NCBI GenBank assembly: GCA_035221665.1
Contig: CM069143.1
Location: 45,322,001 to 45,386,000 of the forward strand
DNA: 64,000 bases
Direction: 5' to 3'
Source of the DNA: Okamejei kenojei
Lineage: Eukaryota
Under the pieces are notes generated by a model. That model was not told the DNA's origin. It ran no database searches and saw only the letters and a list, made by a program, of their open reading frames with translations. This document shows, one piece after another, positions 48,544 to 61,965 of the stretch (positions are counted from its first letter, which is position 1; each line of letters starts with the position of its first letter). Both the position numbers and the translations under genes were made by a program.

Positions 48544-49618
48544 TATCAATATATATATGTGGGTGTGTATATATACACACACATGCACACATACGTACAC
48601 ACAATAAACAAACAATAATAGTATAATGTATAATAATAATAATAATAATAATAATAGTCTATTGAAGTTCAGAGTTTAATTGAGGCTTATTCGTGTTTAA
48701 TAGCCTGATGACTGTAGGAAGAAGCTGTTCCTCAACCTGGATGTTACAGTTTTCAGGCTCCTGTACCTTCTTCCCAATGGCAGGGGTGAAATGAATGTGT
48801 GGCCAGGATGGTGCGGGTCTCTGACGATACTGGCTGCCTTTTTGAGGCAGCGACTCTGATAAATCCCTTTGATGATAGGGAGGTCACAGCCGGTGATGGA
48901 CTGGGCAGTGTTCACTACTTTTTGCAGTCTTTTCCGCTCTTGGGCATTCAAGTTGCAGAACCAAGCCATGATGCAACCAGTCAATATGTTCTCTACTATA
49001 CACCTGTAGAAGTTCAAGAGAATCCTCTCTGACACACCAAATCTCCGTAATCTTCTCAGGAAGTAGAGGCGTTGATGTGCTTTATTTATAATTGCATCAA
49101 TGTGCCTGGCCCAGGAAAGATATGCAGGAAAGATATGCAGGAAAGATCTTCGGAAATATACACACCCAGGAATTTGACTTTTTTGACTCTCTCCATCATC
49201 GTCCCGTGGCTATAAACAGGATTGTGGGTCCTCGTCAACCTTCCTCTTCCAAAGTCCACAATCAGCTCATTGGTTTTATTGATATTGAGAGCCAGGTTGT
49301 TGTACTGGCACCATTTGGTCAATCGGTCGTTCTCACTTCTATACTCAGACTCATCAACATCGGTAATTTGTCCAACAATGGTGAAGTAGTCGGCGAACTT
49401 GAAGGAGTTCACACTGTGTCCGACTTCACAGTCATGAGTATCGAGTGAGTAGAGCAGGGGGCTGAGCACGCAGCCTTGAGGTGCTCCCGTACTGATTGTT
49501 AATGAGGAAGAAGTATTTCCGCCAATTAAAACAGACTGTGGTCTGTGGATGAGGAAGTCGAAGATCCAATTGCAGAGGGATGCGCAGAGACCCAGTTCCA
49601 TGAGCTTGGTAAACAGCT

Positions 49619-50001
49619 TTTAATTTTTTTTATTTTTTAGTCAAAAATAATCATTCAAATATTGAACAGGAAAAAAAAAACAGAGCCCACTACCATAATA
49701 CACGACAAATGATAAACTATTATATAACTATCTTACACCCCTTTTCAAAGATGCATTCAAACTCCCGCAGTGCCCAGCGGGCCTGGAAATCCCACAGGAC
49801 ACCCATGGACAGTGCGCAGTCCTTCTCTAACATCCCCGGGCACGGAGATAACCCCGGAAAAGGGGCAGGCAGCCGGCTCGGGCAGAGCCTCTTCCACCTG
49901 GCGCCATGACTCGTGGATGGCCAGCTTAGCCAGGCCCAGGAGCAACCCAACCAGGACATGCTCGGCACTACCCTCTCCCCTACGCACAGGGTATCCGAAG
50001 A
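49619..50001 (-). mobile_element. Tx1/L1-clade LINE 3' end with TSD
   Basis: IFGYPV...VLVGLLLGLAKLAIHES; A-rich tail (T-rich at 49618-49638 on +); 12-bp TSD tggtaa(a/c)cagct at 49607-49618 and 50002-50013. Confidence 0.8.
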
Positions 50002-51008
50002 TGGTAACCAGCTCGGAGGGGATGATGATATTGATCGCCGAGCTGTAGTCCATAAACAGCCTGATGCGTGTTTTTATTGTCCAAGTGGTGCAGTGCGGAG
50101 TGGAGAGTGAGATTGCATCCTCCATTGACCTGTTGTGACGGTAACCGAACTGTAGTGGGTCGAGGGTCTTGTTGAGGTAGGAGTTGATATGCACCATAAC
50201 CAACCCCTCAAAGCACTTCATTACCACGGATGTTAGTGCCACTGGTAGTCATTGAGGCACGTCACCTTACTCTTTTCTTGGGCACCGGTATTATTGATGC
50301 CCTCTTAAAGCAGGTGGGAACCTTAGACCTCCGTAATGAGAGATTGAAAATGTCCGCAAAAACTCCAGCCAGTTGGTCTGCACAGGTTTTGAGAACTCGA
50401 CCGGGTATACCATCAGGTCCAGAAGCTTTCCAAGGGTTCACCCCACCTTGAAGGATCTTCTGACATCGGCCTATGTGACTGTGACTGTAATATCATCAGG
50501 ATGTATGGGGGCTCGGGAAGGCACATCAGTGTTCTCGCTATCAAAGTGTGCATAGAACGAAATTGAGCTCGTCAGTGAGTAATGCTTCGGTCAAAGGTGT
50601 TCTTGCTGATAAAGTGTAATTCCTCCACAATTTAACAGGTGCCTAAGAACAATTAGAAAGCCTTTGCCCCTGGCCTTGGTACTGCATCCTAGGCCTGGTT
50701 CTCCTTCAGAGCTGTCTCTGCCCTGTAGGATACCTCTCAAGTGTGGCCCTTCAGGAAAAGGGTGCATGGGTAGATGGGCAGCAGGGGTCTGGGCAGCCAC
50801 CTGACCCCAGGTACCTGGTAATATACATTCATTTCTACTTTCTACAAATGACTCAAAGGGGAAGTGCCTCCCTGCCCTTTGCTGTCTACACATTTCCCAT
50901 TTATGTTATGAATTGAGATGACAACAAGAGCTCCTTTTCGGGTTCTCTGAAAACATATATATTTTATAAAACCATTGCCCAATGTGAAACCAAACAAGGA
51001 TGATCCCA

Positions 51009-51138
51009 CGATAGACACAAAAAGTTGGAGTAACTTAGTAGGTCAGGCAGCATCTCTGGAGAAAAGGAATAGGTGACATTACTCCAGATTTTTGTGTCTA
51101 TCCTTGGTTTAAACCAGCATCTGCAGTTCCTTCCTATG
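51009..51138. mobile_element. Fold-back Penelope pseudo-LTR insert (centre deleted) with TSD
   Basis: gatagacacaaaaagttggagtaa ... ttactccagatttttgtgtctatc; TSD caagg(a/c)tgatccca at 50995-51008 and 51139-51152. Confidence 0.75.
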
Positions 51139-51464
51139 CAAGGCTGATCCCAGATATGTTTCCTAATCTGAACTGGGATGGCTGAACTCCACCAGGATTT
51201 TAACATGGGGAGATAACTTTGTGGAACCTTAAATGTTTTTATCTGGATCTTCAATTTACAGCTCCTATTTCTTTTAATTAAGATATGCACTGATATATGT
51301 TTTGTATTACATGTGATGTTGATCTGGTAATTTATAACAGACTTATTGAGTTAATCACATTTCCCACCTATCCTAATATTGTTCTTCTTTGTTCTTACAA
51401 TGTGAGAAATAATGTCAGGGAAATGTATTGCCTGCTTATAGTTGTCCTGAGGGTATTAACATTT

Positions 51465-51812
51465 ATTGGTATTAGTATTGGCTTATTATTGTAATGTGTA
51501 CCGGGATATAGTGAAAAGCATTGTTTGCATGCTATCCAGTCAAATCATACTATATGTGAGTATAATCAAACCATACACAAGTATAACAGGTAGTCCAAAG
51601 GGGAAAATACCAGAGTGCAGAATATAGTGTTACAGCATTATAGTGTTGTAGTTACAGAGAAGTCCAAGGTCTGCAATGAGGTAGATTGGAAGATTGGGAC
51701 TACACCCTATCTTATATTATGACTGTTCATTAGTCTGGAACAGCAGGGTAAAAGCTGTTCTTGAATCTGTTGGTGCATGCTTTCAAACCTTTATATCTTC
51801 TGCCCACTGGGT
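51465..51812 (-). mobile_element. Rex1/RTE-like LINE 3' end
   Basis: aaagctgttcttgaatctg motif shared with 48720-48740; tail-like left end. Confidence 0.45.
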
Positions 51813-54420
51813 GAATCACATAGTGTGGCCTTTAATTCAAGTGGCTAGACTATGCAGTGGTCAAGGTTACTTTCCATCAAAGATATTAGTACATTAATTA
51901 ATATTTGAAGACAGCTTTTATGATCATTTTTCAAGACAGTGAATATCACTACTGAGTAATTTAACATTTCTTGCTTTTGAGATCGAGAGCCTTTTGGTAA
52001 AAGCAGAGCATTGCCAGCTGCACAAAAGAATCTAATACTCAAGCACTGAGTAACAGGAGTGATAGGGTTAACAACATGAATGCACTGACTCCTGCAAGAA
52101 CCAGGATGGAAATATCTGGAAGTCAGTCTCTGACAGACAAAATATCTACATTATAAAACATAAATATTTGGTTTTTAATAAAGATTAATTTTAACTAGTT
52201 CCTCCTTCAATACTCTCCCCTCTTAAATACACAGACTTTTGCTGAGGTATGATACTTCACCCACGAGGCCACTGATCATGTGTGAGCCTGGAGTGTTGGC
52301 AGGCTAATCAATCACAGAGGACATCGTAGGTAAGACTGTTTCTGTCTGCAGCGTTAACATTCAAACACCTTCCAGCAAGAGTACAGGATAGCTATCAAAA
52401 GTCAAAACCCTGGTTGATATTTACCCTCTTCATTCGATGAGCATTGAGAGCGATTTCTGCGCCCCAAATGTTGCCCTTAATAAGCTCAACAACTCAACGT
52501 ATGCCAGGGATCAAACCTGGGCCCTTTGAAAAGAGCCTGCTGTTTCCTCTGTTCGTACATTGAATCAACATCTTTTTTTTTCTACTTCTTTATCCATTCA
52601 GACCTCCTTGATTTGTCCAGCTTAATGACAAATCTGAACATATCAATGCTGAGGTTACAGAAACTCGAGGTACTGGTTGCAGCAGACCCCTGCAGTTAAA
52701 CCAATCATGGTAAAAACTCAACAATAAAGACGAAACACTTTAGTCCGGCCTGAGGCATTCTTTGTACCATGAAATGTGTAGAAGTACAGATGAACCAGGG
52801 AAGGTATTAAATAGCTAAAACGTCTGATTTTCTCTCAAGGTTGAAGTCAGGGTGTGGGTATACGTTTACGTTATCATCCATTATTCTCAAGTACTATAAA
52901 CCCTGAAAAAGATCTTGAGATTGAGAATACACTCTACCATCATCCGCATGTATTGAAAAGCATGAAAGTGCTACATTCAGATTTTTTTTGTTTTGCTCAA
53001 AATCTTGCAAAGTTTCTTACTTGAGTGTCACTGTCGTATATTGTACCATTATACAACTGCATATATTTACTGCTTAAATATTATTTTCCCCTTCCCTGAT
53101 TTCCAGCCTCGGCATCATCCCAGAACAGGTGGGCTGAAAGTTGAAACCCACAGACCCACCTAGATCAAGTGGCCTCAGGTTAACACTCTGATCATTGACG
53201 CAAAGGGATTAAAAAGTAAATGGAGACTAGAATGTGCAATTATAAAAATGATTATTGGTGAATATCTGAATAAGAAAGATTCTCAATATGTGGCTTTACA
53301 ATTAAACATTGAATCAAAAGATTAATTTAAGTATTTCGGAAAATATCCAATAACATTAAAATTAAAAAGTCCAAACGGTGGCTCTCAAGCTAAATTGTGG
53401 TAACAAAAATGGGGGTGCATTTAAACAGCATCAGAAAACCCCCTTTGCACAGTCAGTGACAACTGTTAGAATGATTTTGGAGTCTAAAAAATGCACTAAA
53501 CAACTGACTTCTGAAAAATGGGAGAATTAATAGATTAGAGGCCAGAGATTTGATGGGCTCTTGTTTTTTTCACTATCACAACTTTTCTTTTGTTATTCCT
53601 TTTGTGTCATTTTTGGATGGTTTCAGCTGAACACACAGATTTATTGATTCCGATATTGTTAAAGGGACAAGTTCATACTCAGTGACAGCTCATTCAATGG
53701 ATGGAATCCAGTTAGTAAACTCCTCTGTTTTGTCACTTTCTGATCCCAACGTTAAAACATCTTCTCAAACCCTGGCTTAAGTAACACATTCCGTCATCAT
53801 GTCCTTTAGTTTAGTTCAGCATGCTGGGAGATACTTGTTATGTGAAGAATACTACATTAATGCTGTTTCTAGTGTGTGTTGCTGCAGCAATGTGCACCCA
53901 ATTTATAGTTGCTAAAGAGTTATCTCTACTGAGAATGTGAAGATGTTACACTGAGCCATTTTTATTCAGCCTGGAGCAAAATAAAAAAATCATCCCAAAT
54001 TAACAAGCCTGATGAATTTATTCTGAAACCTGATGAAAACTGCTTGAGTGAACAACAGGTGAAGACGTGACTGGGTTCAGTTGAGATGCCTCTCTCTATT
54101 AGGTCATCTCCTTGTACTGGCTAAATAAGATTCACATGTAAAGACAACTTGGGTATGGAAGACAAAGTGCCCAATTGGGGTTGCACTTAATCTGGTTCAA
54201 AGTAAGACAAGGGTAAGATAATTATACACCTCACACATACGGAATTAATTCTTGAGCATTTCCCTTGTATTGTTTTTAAATCATGTTTTTGAGTATCTCT
54301 TTAGGAATAAAAGACAACAGACTTTTCTCACAATGCACTGAGCATGTGGTGATATTTGGATTGGGATTTTCCAATAATATATTAATGTGGCCTAGAAACT
54401 AAATGAATCTGATAATTCTA

Positions 54421-54490
54421 GGGGATGTAGCTCAGTGGTAAGCACGTCTTCTCATGTGTGAGGCTTGGGTTCAATTCCAATGCACCTGCA
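54421..54490 (+). pseudogene. tRNA-Ala-derived pseudogene
   Basis: GGGGATGTAGCTCAGTGGTA matches the vertebrate tRNA-Ala 5' end; GGGTTCAATTCC T-arm; anticodon arm degenerate (cttctca) with small deletions. Confidence 0.75.
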
Positions 54491-54501
54491 GGGTTCCCAT
54501 T

Positions 54502-54815
54502 GGGCGGCACTGTGGCACAGCTGGTAGAGCTGCTACCGCACAGCTCCAGAGACCTGGGTTCGATCTTGACCTCGGGTTCCGTCTGTGTGGAATTGTATGG
54601 AATTTGCACATTCTCCCTGGGTTTCCTCCGGGTGCTCCGGTTTCCTCCCACAGCTCAAAGGCACGCAGGTTTGTCGGTTAATTGGCTACTGAAAATTGTC
54701 CATAGTGTGTAGAGAGTGGATGCAAAAGACCTGGTGTGAACTGTGAACAAATTATTGATGGTCCGTGTGGTCTCAGTGAGCCGAAGGACCCGCTTCCATG
54801 CTTTATCTCTTAAAC
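54502..54815 (+). mobile_element. V-SINE (HE1-like)
   Basis: Family similarity. Confidence 0.85.
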
Positions 54816-55182
54816 GAAAACAAAGAACATAACATCATCCGGTTTACCATTGTAGCAATCAAGAAGTGCATGCTCACAGTAAACTGACAATGCTCAGTCC
54901 ACCATGTTGGTAAAGACAAAAGAGGGGCACCAGTGCCCAGATTTTCTTTGTAAAGAGAGGCCTACATATAACCTTAAAGGGACCGCTGCAGGTCTAACCA
55001 TATGGGTAGTTAATATACTTACCTGAATATGGAGCCACGGGGAATAGGTATATTTTTCCCAATTCTGATTTCAGATAACAAGTTCTGCTTGTGGAACTGT
55101 TCCTACAAACAGCATTGACTCAATCACAACTTCCGACCACCACTGCCCCAATCAATGCTATTTTCTCTACTTCCAACTCGAA

Positions 55183-55375
55183 TAGGATATGGGGAGAAGG
55201 CAGGAACGGGGTACTGATTGGGGATGATCAGCCATGATCACATAGAATGGCGGAGCTGGCTCGAAGGGCCGAACGGCCTACTCCTGCACCTATTGTCTAT
55301 TGAAACGTCACTCATACGTTTTCTCCAGAGATGCTGCCTGGCACGCTGAGTTACTGAAGCACTTTGTGTGTATCT
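55183..55375 (+). mobile_element. CR1 tail followed by Penelope pseudo-LTR piece
   Basis: ggcctactcctgcacctattgtctatt, then gaaacgtcac...ctccagagatgctgcctg. Confidence 0.7.
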
Positions 55376-55574
55376 TCTCTGTTCCAGGTCTTACCATCTT
55401 TCTCAACAACAGCTATTACTATACACCCTTCCAGTCACTACTACCCTCCATTATGGCCACTGCCTTCTTTAATTGGTTGTGCAGTACAGCATGCTAGATA
55501 GTTGGGTAGAGTGGTGTATTAATCCCAAAGACCGTGCATTCTCTATAGTAGTGGGCTAGAAATGGAGAGTACAT

Positions 55575-55870
55575 TTAGTTTAGTTCAGAGATACAGCGCG
55601 GAAACAGGCCTTTCGGCCCACTGAGTCCACGCCGACCAGCGATCCCCGCACATTAACACTATCCTACACGCACTTTTACCAAGCCAATTAACCTACAAAC
55701 CTGTACATCTTTGGAGTGTGGGAGGAAACCGAAGATTTTGGAGCAAACCCACACAGGTCACGGGGAGAATGTACAAGCTCCGTACAGACAGCACCTGTAG
55801 TCAGGACTGAAACTGGGTATCCGGCGCTGCAAGAGGTGTAAGGCCGTAACTCTACCGCTGTGCCACCATG
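55575..55870 (-). mobile_element. V-SINE (HE1-like)
   Basis: Reverse complement of the family. Confidence 0.85.
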
Positions 55871-56532
55871 CCTAAAATTTAGACAATTTGCTATTGTCTA
55901 AAAAACAATCAGCACGTGCCAAACAGACTCCTTACAAACCTCCCCCAATACTTGTTCGTCTTTGTCAACTGAGGGGTGCTGCGATTATCTGCTTCCATTC
56001 TTATATATGATTATAAGCAGATAATCAGTTATAGTGGCTCCTCTTCCCCTGCACCATTCCTCATACCCAAACGCAGGCATTCCTGCCCCTTTTCACATTT
56101 ACATGCTGCCCATTGCCAAATTAATTTGAAAATCCCATTTCTAAATGCATGGTGCCAGGAATCATCTGAACCTCACATCTGTTTCCGTTGAGTCCTCCAT
56201 TGTGTTAAAGTTGTTGAAGTTGACCAAAATACAACACCTGGACAGGTATATGTGCCCCAGCCCTAATCAGTTCCAGTTCAACATCATATGTCGCATTTCA
56301 GAATTGTACTTTCTGAAGTAATTCTCAAGGTAGGAAGTAGCAAATGGGACAACACACTTTTGCACTGATCCTGATTTATTCCTGACTCCTGAATGTGGAC
56401 TTTCCACATTCTTGCTGTAGCCACATGGTTTTTCTCACAATTTTCTGATCACCTTACCTAGCATAACTGATAATTTATTGCATATTTATTTGCTGTGTTG
56501 CGGCATTTAATGCCCCTGTAAAGCTAAAACAA

Positions 56533-56857
56533 GGGTGGCACGGTGCAGTGGCGCAGTGGTAAAGTTGCTGCCTTACAGCACTTGCAGCGCCAGAGATCCG
56601 GGTTCGATCCCGTCTACGGGTTCTGTCTGTACGGAGTTTTCCATTCTCCACGTGACCGCGTAGGTTTTCTCCGAGATCTTCGGTTTCCTCCCACACTCCA
56701 AAGACTTGCAGGTTTGTAGGTTAAGTGGCTTGGTATAATTGTAAATTGTCCCTAGTGTGTTGGATATTGTTAGTGTGTGTGGATTGCTGGTCGGTGCAGA
56801 CTCAGTGGGCCGAAAGGCGTGTTTCCACGCTGATTCTCTAAACTAAACTAAACTAAA
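56533..56857 (+). mobile_element. V-SINE (HE1-like)
   Basis: Family similarity, (CTAAA)n tail. Confidence 0.85.
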
Positions 56858-57329
56858 AAGTAAGTATGTCAGTATATGTCAGTATTCAGGTCCCAATGCT
56901 TATGAGAATTAAACAGTTGACACTTGGCTATTTCCTCATCCCAAAGATGTGCAGGTTGTTAGATTAATTGGTCACTGTAACCTGCCACTAGTTTATAGCT
57001 AAGTGGTAGAATCTGGGGGGATTTGAGGGGATGCAGCAAGAATGAAATGAGGTTAGCGTAAATAGGTGCTGACTGTCAGTGTGCATTCGGTGGGCTGAAG
57101 GGTGGGCTGTTTCCATGCTGCACAATGATAACAGAACTATTTTGGCATTTCAAGGAGTGGCTGTAAATGGTAGAGTCACTGGATATCAAGACCAGAAAAA
57201 GTGAGGAAATCTTGCAGATTTGCGAATTGGAGAAAGTCACAGAATAGTCAGAGGCAATATCATACAGCGATCTCAAAAATTTTTTTGACTATTAGATTTC
57301 AGGTGAAATATGAGATTGTGGGTTAAATT

Positions 57330-57815
57330 GGATGGGAGATGGAGTACAAAAACGGGGAAGTCTTACTGCAACTATATGTAAAACAAACCAGATTGAGCAC
57401 TGTATATGGTTTCAGTCTCCTTATTTAGGGAAAGAGGAATTTCAGGGAAGTTTCATTAGGTTATTTCCGGGATGAAAGAGTTGTGTGGCTTGTAAATGTT
57501 GAGAAGATTGGGCTATTTCCTTTGGAGATTAGAGGTTTGGAGTTGGAGATAATTTTATTGATATACATAATATTCTGAGTGGGATTTACCAGGAAAATTG
57601 GAAGAGTTGATTCTCTCGCAGGGGAAATCCAGAACTAAGCATTGTTTCAAAAAGTGATATAAATTATTGAAAATGGAGATAAGAAGATTTTTTTTCTCTC
57701 AGAGGATCATGAATTTTTGGGAATCTCTACCTCAGAGAGCTATGTAAGCTAAATCATGGAACATATTCAAGGCTAAAAAGATTTTTGGCATACTAAAATA
57801 GATTTTTGGCAAGCT
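57330..57815 (+). mobile_element. Old CR1 3' fragment
   Basis: Degenerate MEYK..EVLLQLY, tttccttggag, tctctcagaggatcatgaat motifs. Confidence 0.55.
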
Positions 57816-57830
57816 AATGGGCACTACAAT

Positions 57831-58155
57831 CATGGTGGCACAGCGGTAGAGTTGTTGCCTTACATCGCCAGAGACCCGGATTTGATCCTGCCTACGGGTG
57901 CTGTCTGTACGGAGTTTGTGCATTCTCCTCGTGATTTGCATGGGTTTCTCAGGGATCTCTGGTTTCCTCCCACACTCCAAAGACATCAAGATGTGTAGGT
58001 TAATTGGCTTGGTAAAATTGTAAATTGTCCCTAGTGTGTCTAGGATAGCGTTAGTGTACGGGGATGCTGGTCAGCGCGGACTCCATGGGCCGAAGGGCCT
58101 GGTTCCACGCTGTATCTCTAAATTAAACTAAACTAAACTAAACTAAAACTAAACT
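57831..58155 (+). mobile_element. V-SINE (HE1-like)
   Basis: Family similarity, long (CTAAA)n tail. Confidence 0.85.
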
Positions 58156-59239
58156 ACAGGGAAGTTGGAGGTTATAAGAGGTGAGGCCAGGACCAGATCA
58201 TCCATGATGGCACAACAGTTTCAAGAAGAAATGTATCCCACATTGCATAGGCTCTTCAGTATGCCTTAGTTTCAGGTTTGGGAGGGAAAGGATGAATGGA
58301 GTCAATGACAATGGAACAGAGCTTCTGAAGGGAATCAAAACAATGGGCTACCCCCCTTGTATTGGACAAAAGTTACACTCATTTTAAGAGTCAAGAGTCA
58401 AGAGAGTTTTATTGCCATGTGTCTCAGATAGTACAATGAAATTCCTGCTTGCTAAGGACTTCAACAATAATGATTGTAATACTTTAAACAAACATATTTT
58501 ACACATTTTGCTGAACAATTCTATTTAAGAAAGTAGGAGACACATAGGACATCAGACTATACAACCTGCCTTTGCAATTGTCTACTGTCAAGTTCACAAC
58601 TGAGACGATCTGATAGATGATGGTGACGTTTAGATGGTTATCATCACCATCATATCTGTGATCTTCAAATATTTTATCCATCACATGGAATACAAGATTA
58701 CTCTGAGTGATAGTCACACGAACACATATGGAGCAACAATGTTTATGGCCTTGTCCTTGTTAACCTTTCTGGCTACTTCTTCAAAAAATTAATCCACATC
58801 ATTGATATTGATGACAAACAGCAATGGGCCCAGCACCACTACCACTAGTCACAGGCCTCTACGCCAAGAAACAACCTTCCACTATCACCCTCTGGTTCCT
58901 GCCATCAAGCCAATTAAGTACCCGATTCCATCTGATATTCCAGACTAACCTACCACTTCCTCAAAGAATTTGAGCAAATTTGGTAGACATTAAACTATGT
59001 AACTGTTTAATTTACCGGAATATTCAGCTCTTTGAAATAATGAGCTACCTCTCTGGAGGGAATGGTGCTGGAGAGGGAAGGGAATCACTGCAGCTGATTC
59101 TTTCCCTATGATAGAAGATATAAAAACAGAACCAGGCAACTGCAATACCACCAAATTAAAAATGATAGGCATTGAAGAAAGATTGTGAGGGCAAGTATGT
59201 CAAAGGCAGAATGGTCAAGAATCTTTTTCTTATGATCAT

Positions 59240-59575
59240 TTATAGAGTCATAGAATCATAGAGTGATACAGCATGGAAACAGGCCCTTCATCCCAGCTTG
59301 CCCACACCAACCAACATGTTCCAGCTACACTAGTCCCACCTGCCCGCATTTGATCCATATCCCTCTAAACCTGTCCTATCCATGTACCTGTCTAACTGCT
59401 TCTTAAACGTTGGGATAATCCCAGTCTCAACTTGCTCCTCTGGCAGCTTGTTCCATACACCCACCATCCTTTGTGTGTAAAAGTTACCCCTCAGATTCCT
59501 ATTAAATCTTTCCCACTTCACTTTAAATCTATGCCCTCTGGTCCTCGATTCACCTACCCTGAGCAAGAGACGCTA
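59240..59575 (-). mobile_element. CR1 3' end
   Basis: RVGESRTRGHRFKV...FYTQRMVGVWNKLPEE. Confidence 0.85.
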
Positions 59576-61126
59576 GGCATATGTTGACACTTGGAGTCTC
59601 TCCCATGACCTATACTGTCATGTACCCATTTAACTCTGCCCCTGATTTTCTTGCTACCCACTACACTTGACTGAAAGTGGCCATTTAACCTACCAACCAG
59701 TACATATTTAGCACATGGGGGGAAACTGCAGTCACAGGGAGAACATGGAACCTGGAGCATCAGATGGGTATTATGCTGGGCTTGGGCTGATGTTCTGGTG
59801 AATGATGAAACACAGTGCGTGAAGGTGGAGGAAAGGAAGGGAACTGATAAATTGGGAAACATTTGTGCAAACACTAAATATCCAGGTATACTTCTGGTTA
59901 CTCAGCATGGAGGATTGGAATATAGGAAGACAACACCTGAAAATGACAAGGTAGAACAATGAATGAAGCCATTTAACACTTTAAATGGCTCTAATGTACT
60001 GCTTCGACATTTGATTAACCCATTGTTAAGGATGGGTGAGAATTTTTTTTTTAAGTTAATATTATTGGTCTAAAATAACATTTAATGAAAATGAATAAAT
60101 CAGCTAAAATGACAAAGGGTAGCATTAGAGTTTGATTAATAACTGTATTTGTATGCTAGTATTTCTCAAAGTGACTCCTGGACCATGATATTACCTTAGA
60201 ACTATTTCACAACTGTGCCATGTTGCACCGAAACACCTTACATACTTGTCTGTCATCGAGCTGTATTACAACGGCAGTATGTGTAGTATTGGCCGGGATG
60301 ATGATAGCTAAGATACAATAAGCATCCTGCAGCTCATGTAAAGTAGACCACTAAGGGGTATCAGCTATACAGATCCTGTATTAGTGTTGTGACCATGGTA
60401 GTTGGAGTGACTTACTTGGCCTAGTCTAATTTGTACCTTTTGATGATTAACAATTGATCTTTATGTTTCATATACGAGAATATATTTATTTTGTGCCCTT
60501 TTCTCTTTTGTTGTTGTTGTGCATGTACGAACAACCTGCACAGCCCCAAAACTAGCCACATGTACAAAGAAAGCCATTCATTTACATCAGCATGCAATAC
60601 TGCTCTTGAAGATGGTGTGAAATGCCTAGACTTGAGAAGAGATGTGAGGTGTAACAACTGTTATTAATTATACAATTAAAAGTGTGGTCATTAGACCAAA
60701 GAAAACAATGATTATATCCTACTGCCATTAATATTTGAAATTGAAAGAATATACTGAATTTTGAAAAACCAAACCATCCCTAAAACTGAAGGTCAGGTAA
60801 TGGGTTCTGTGGAAATGGAAAACTGTCTCTCTAGTTACATTTAGGATCTCCTCTGTTTAATTAATCAATATGCAACCAATATAAGAATCAGCTCAAAGCC
60901 CACAATGCATGAGTTCCTGTCACTTTCCACTGTCAACAAAGTATTGGTCAATCACTGTTTACTGTACTCTTTCCTTCAGTCAATTTCTTCTCCTTTATGA
61001 TATTTTTTTTTTCTGTTTTCTTATACTCACTTTCTTAGACTTCTTCAGTTTTGCCCCTTTTCTCTTGAAGCAGGGTGCAGATTCGCACAAGGCAAACTGG
61101 GTTACGGTGGATGTAAGGGGTCACAG

Positions 61127-61365
61127 GGGCATGGTGTTAGAACTGTTGCCTTACAGTGCCAGAGGCCCTGGTTCGACCCTGACCACGAGTGCTGTCTGTT
61201 CAGATTTTGTTCGTTCTGCCTGTCATTGCATAGGTTTTCTACGGGTGTTCCAGCTTTCACCCACACTTCAAAGACATACAGGTTAATAGTATAACTGGCT
61301 TTGGTAAAAAATGCAAATTGTCCCTAGTATGTAGGATAGTGTTAGCGTATGAGCTGATTGCTGGG
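61127..61365 (+). mobile_element. V-SINE (HE1-like), 3'-truncated
   Basis: Family similarity. Confidence 0.75.
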
Positions 61366-61643
61366 TTTAACAAAAAGCTATTTTGTCCAATTTACTTCTG
61401 CTATCCTTGATTCTAAGCTTCAGAGACGTTTTATGTTTTTGTTCTTTCTTTCAAGGTTCTTCTTTTTTTTTCCTTCCAGCCCTTGAATCTGTTGTGCGCT
61501 GGAACATGATTATGTGAGCATCATTACTATGTAGTCATTTTCTAGTCTTTAAGCGTTTGTTATGCTTTGGACTCTGGAGTGCATTAAATCCAAGGTGAAC
61601 ATAGTTATTTTCAGTGTCCAAGCAGGCATGTACTGACAGCTCA

Positions 61644-61965
61644 ATGTGGTGCAGTGGTAGAGTTGCTGCCTTACAGTATCGGAGACCTGGGTTTCGATCC
61701 TGATTACAGTTGCTGTCTGTATGGAGTTTGCACATTCTCCCAGTGACCGCATGGGTTTTCTCCAGCCACTCTGGTTTCGTCCCACACTCCAAAGACGTTC
61801 ATGTTTGTAGATTAATTGGCATTGGTAAATATATACAAATTGTCCCTAGTGTGTAGGATAATGCTAGTGTTCAAGGTGATCGCTGGTCAGCACAAACTCG
61901 GTAAACTGAAGGGCCTTTTTCCGCATTGTATCACTAAAGACTAAAATAAAGTCTAAAGTCTAAAG
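61644..61965 (+). mobile_element. V-SINE (HE1-like)
   Basis: Family similarity. Confidence 0.8.

Larger units (their letters stand above)
46800..50595 (-). mobile_element. Rex1/Babar-type LINE, host to Tc1 and Tx1 insertions
   Basis: [56 protein letters not shown]; (CTCTTGA)n tail at 46800-46815. Confidence 0.85.

Noticed and set aside
49113-49148. 13-bp tandem repeat aggaaagatatgc
   Set aside because: Ordinary slippage inside a dead LINE.
52240-52560. Possible old tRNA-derived SINE on the minus strand
   Set aside because: Only a B-box-like motif (ccagggatcaaacc) supports it; family cannot be assigned.
54421-54490. Functional tRNA gene
   Set aside because: Deletions in the D and anticodon arms, broken acceptor stem and no terminator.
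55015-55025. ATACTTACCTG as a U1 snRNA gene start
   Set aside because: Downstream sequence does not continue as U1; treated as a reverse-strand donor instead.
60246-60330. Possible minus-strand coding exon (DAYCILAIIIPANTTH...)
   Set aside because: Weak acceptor, no recognisable homology and no supporting neighbouring exons.
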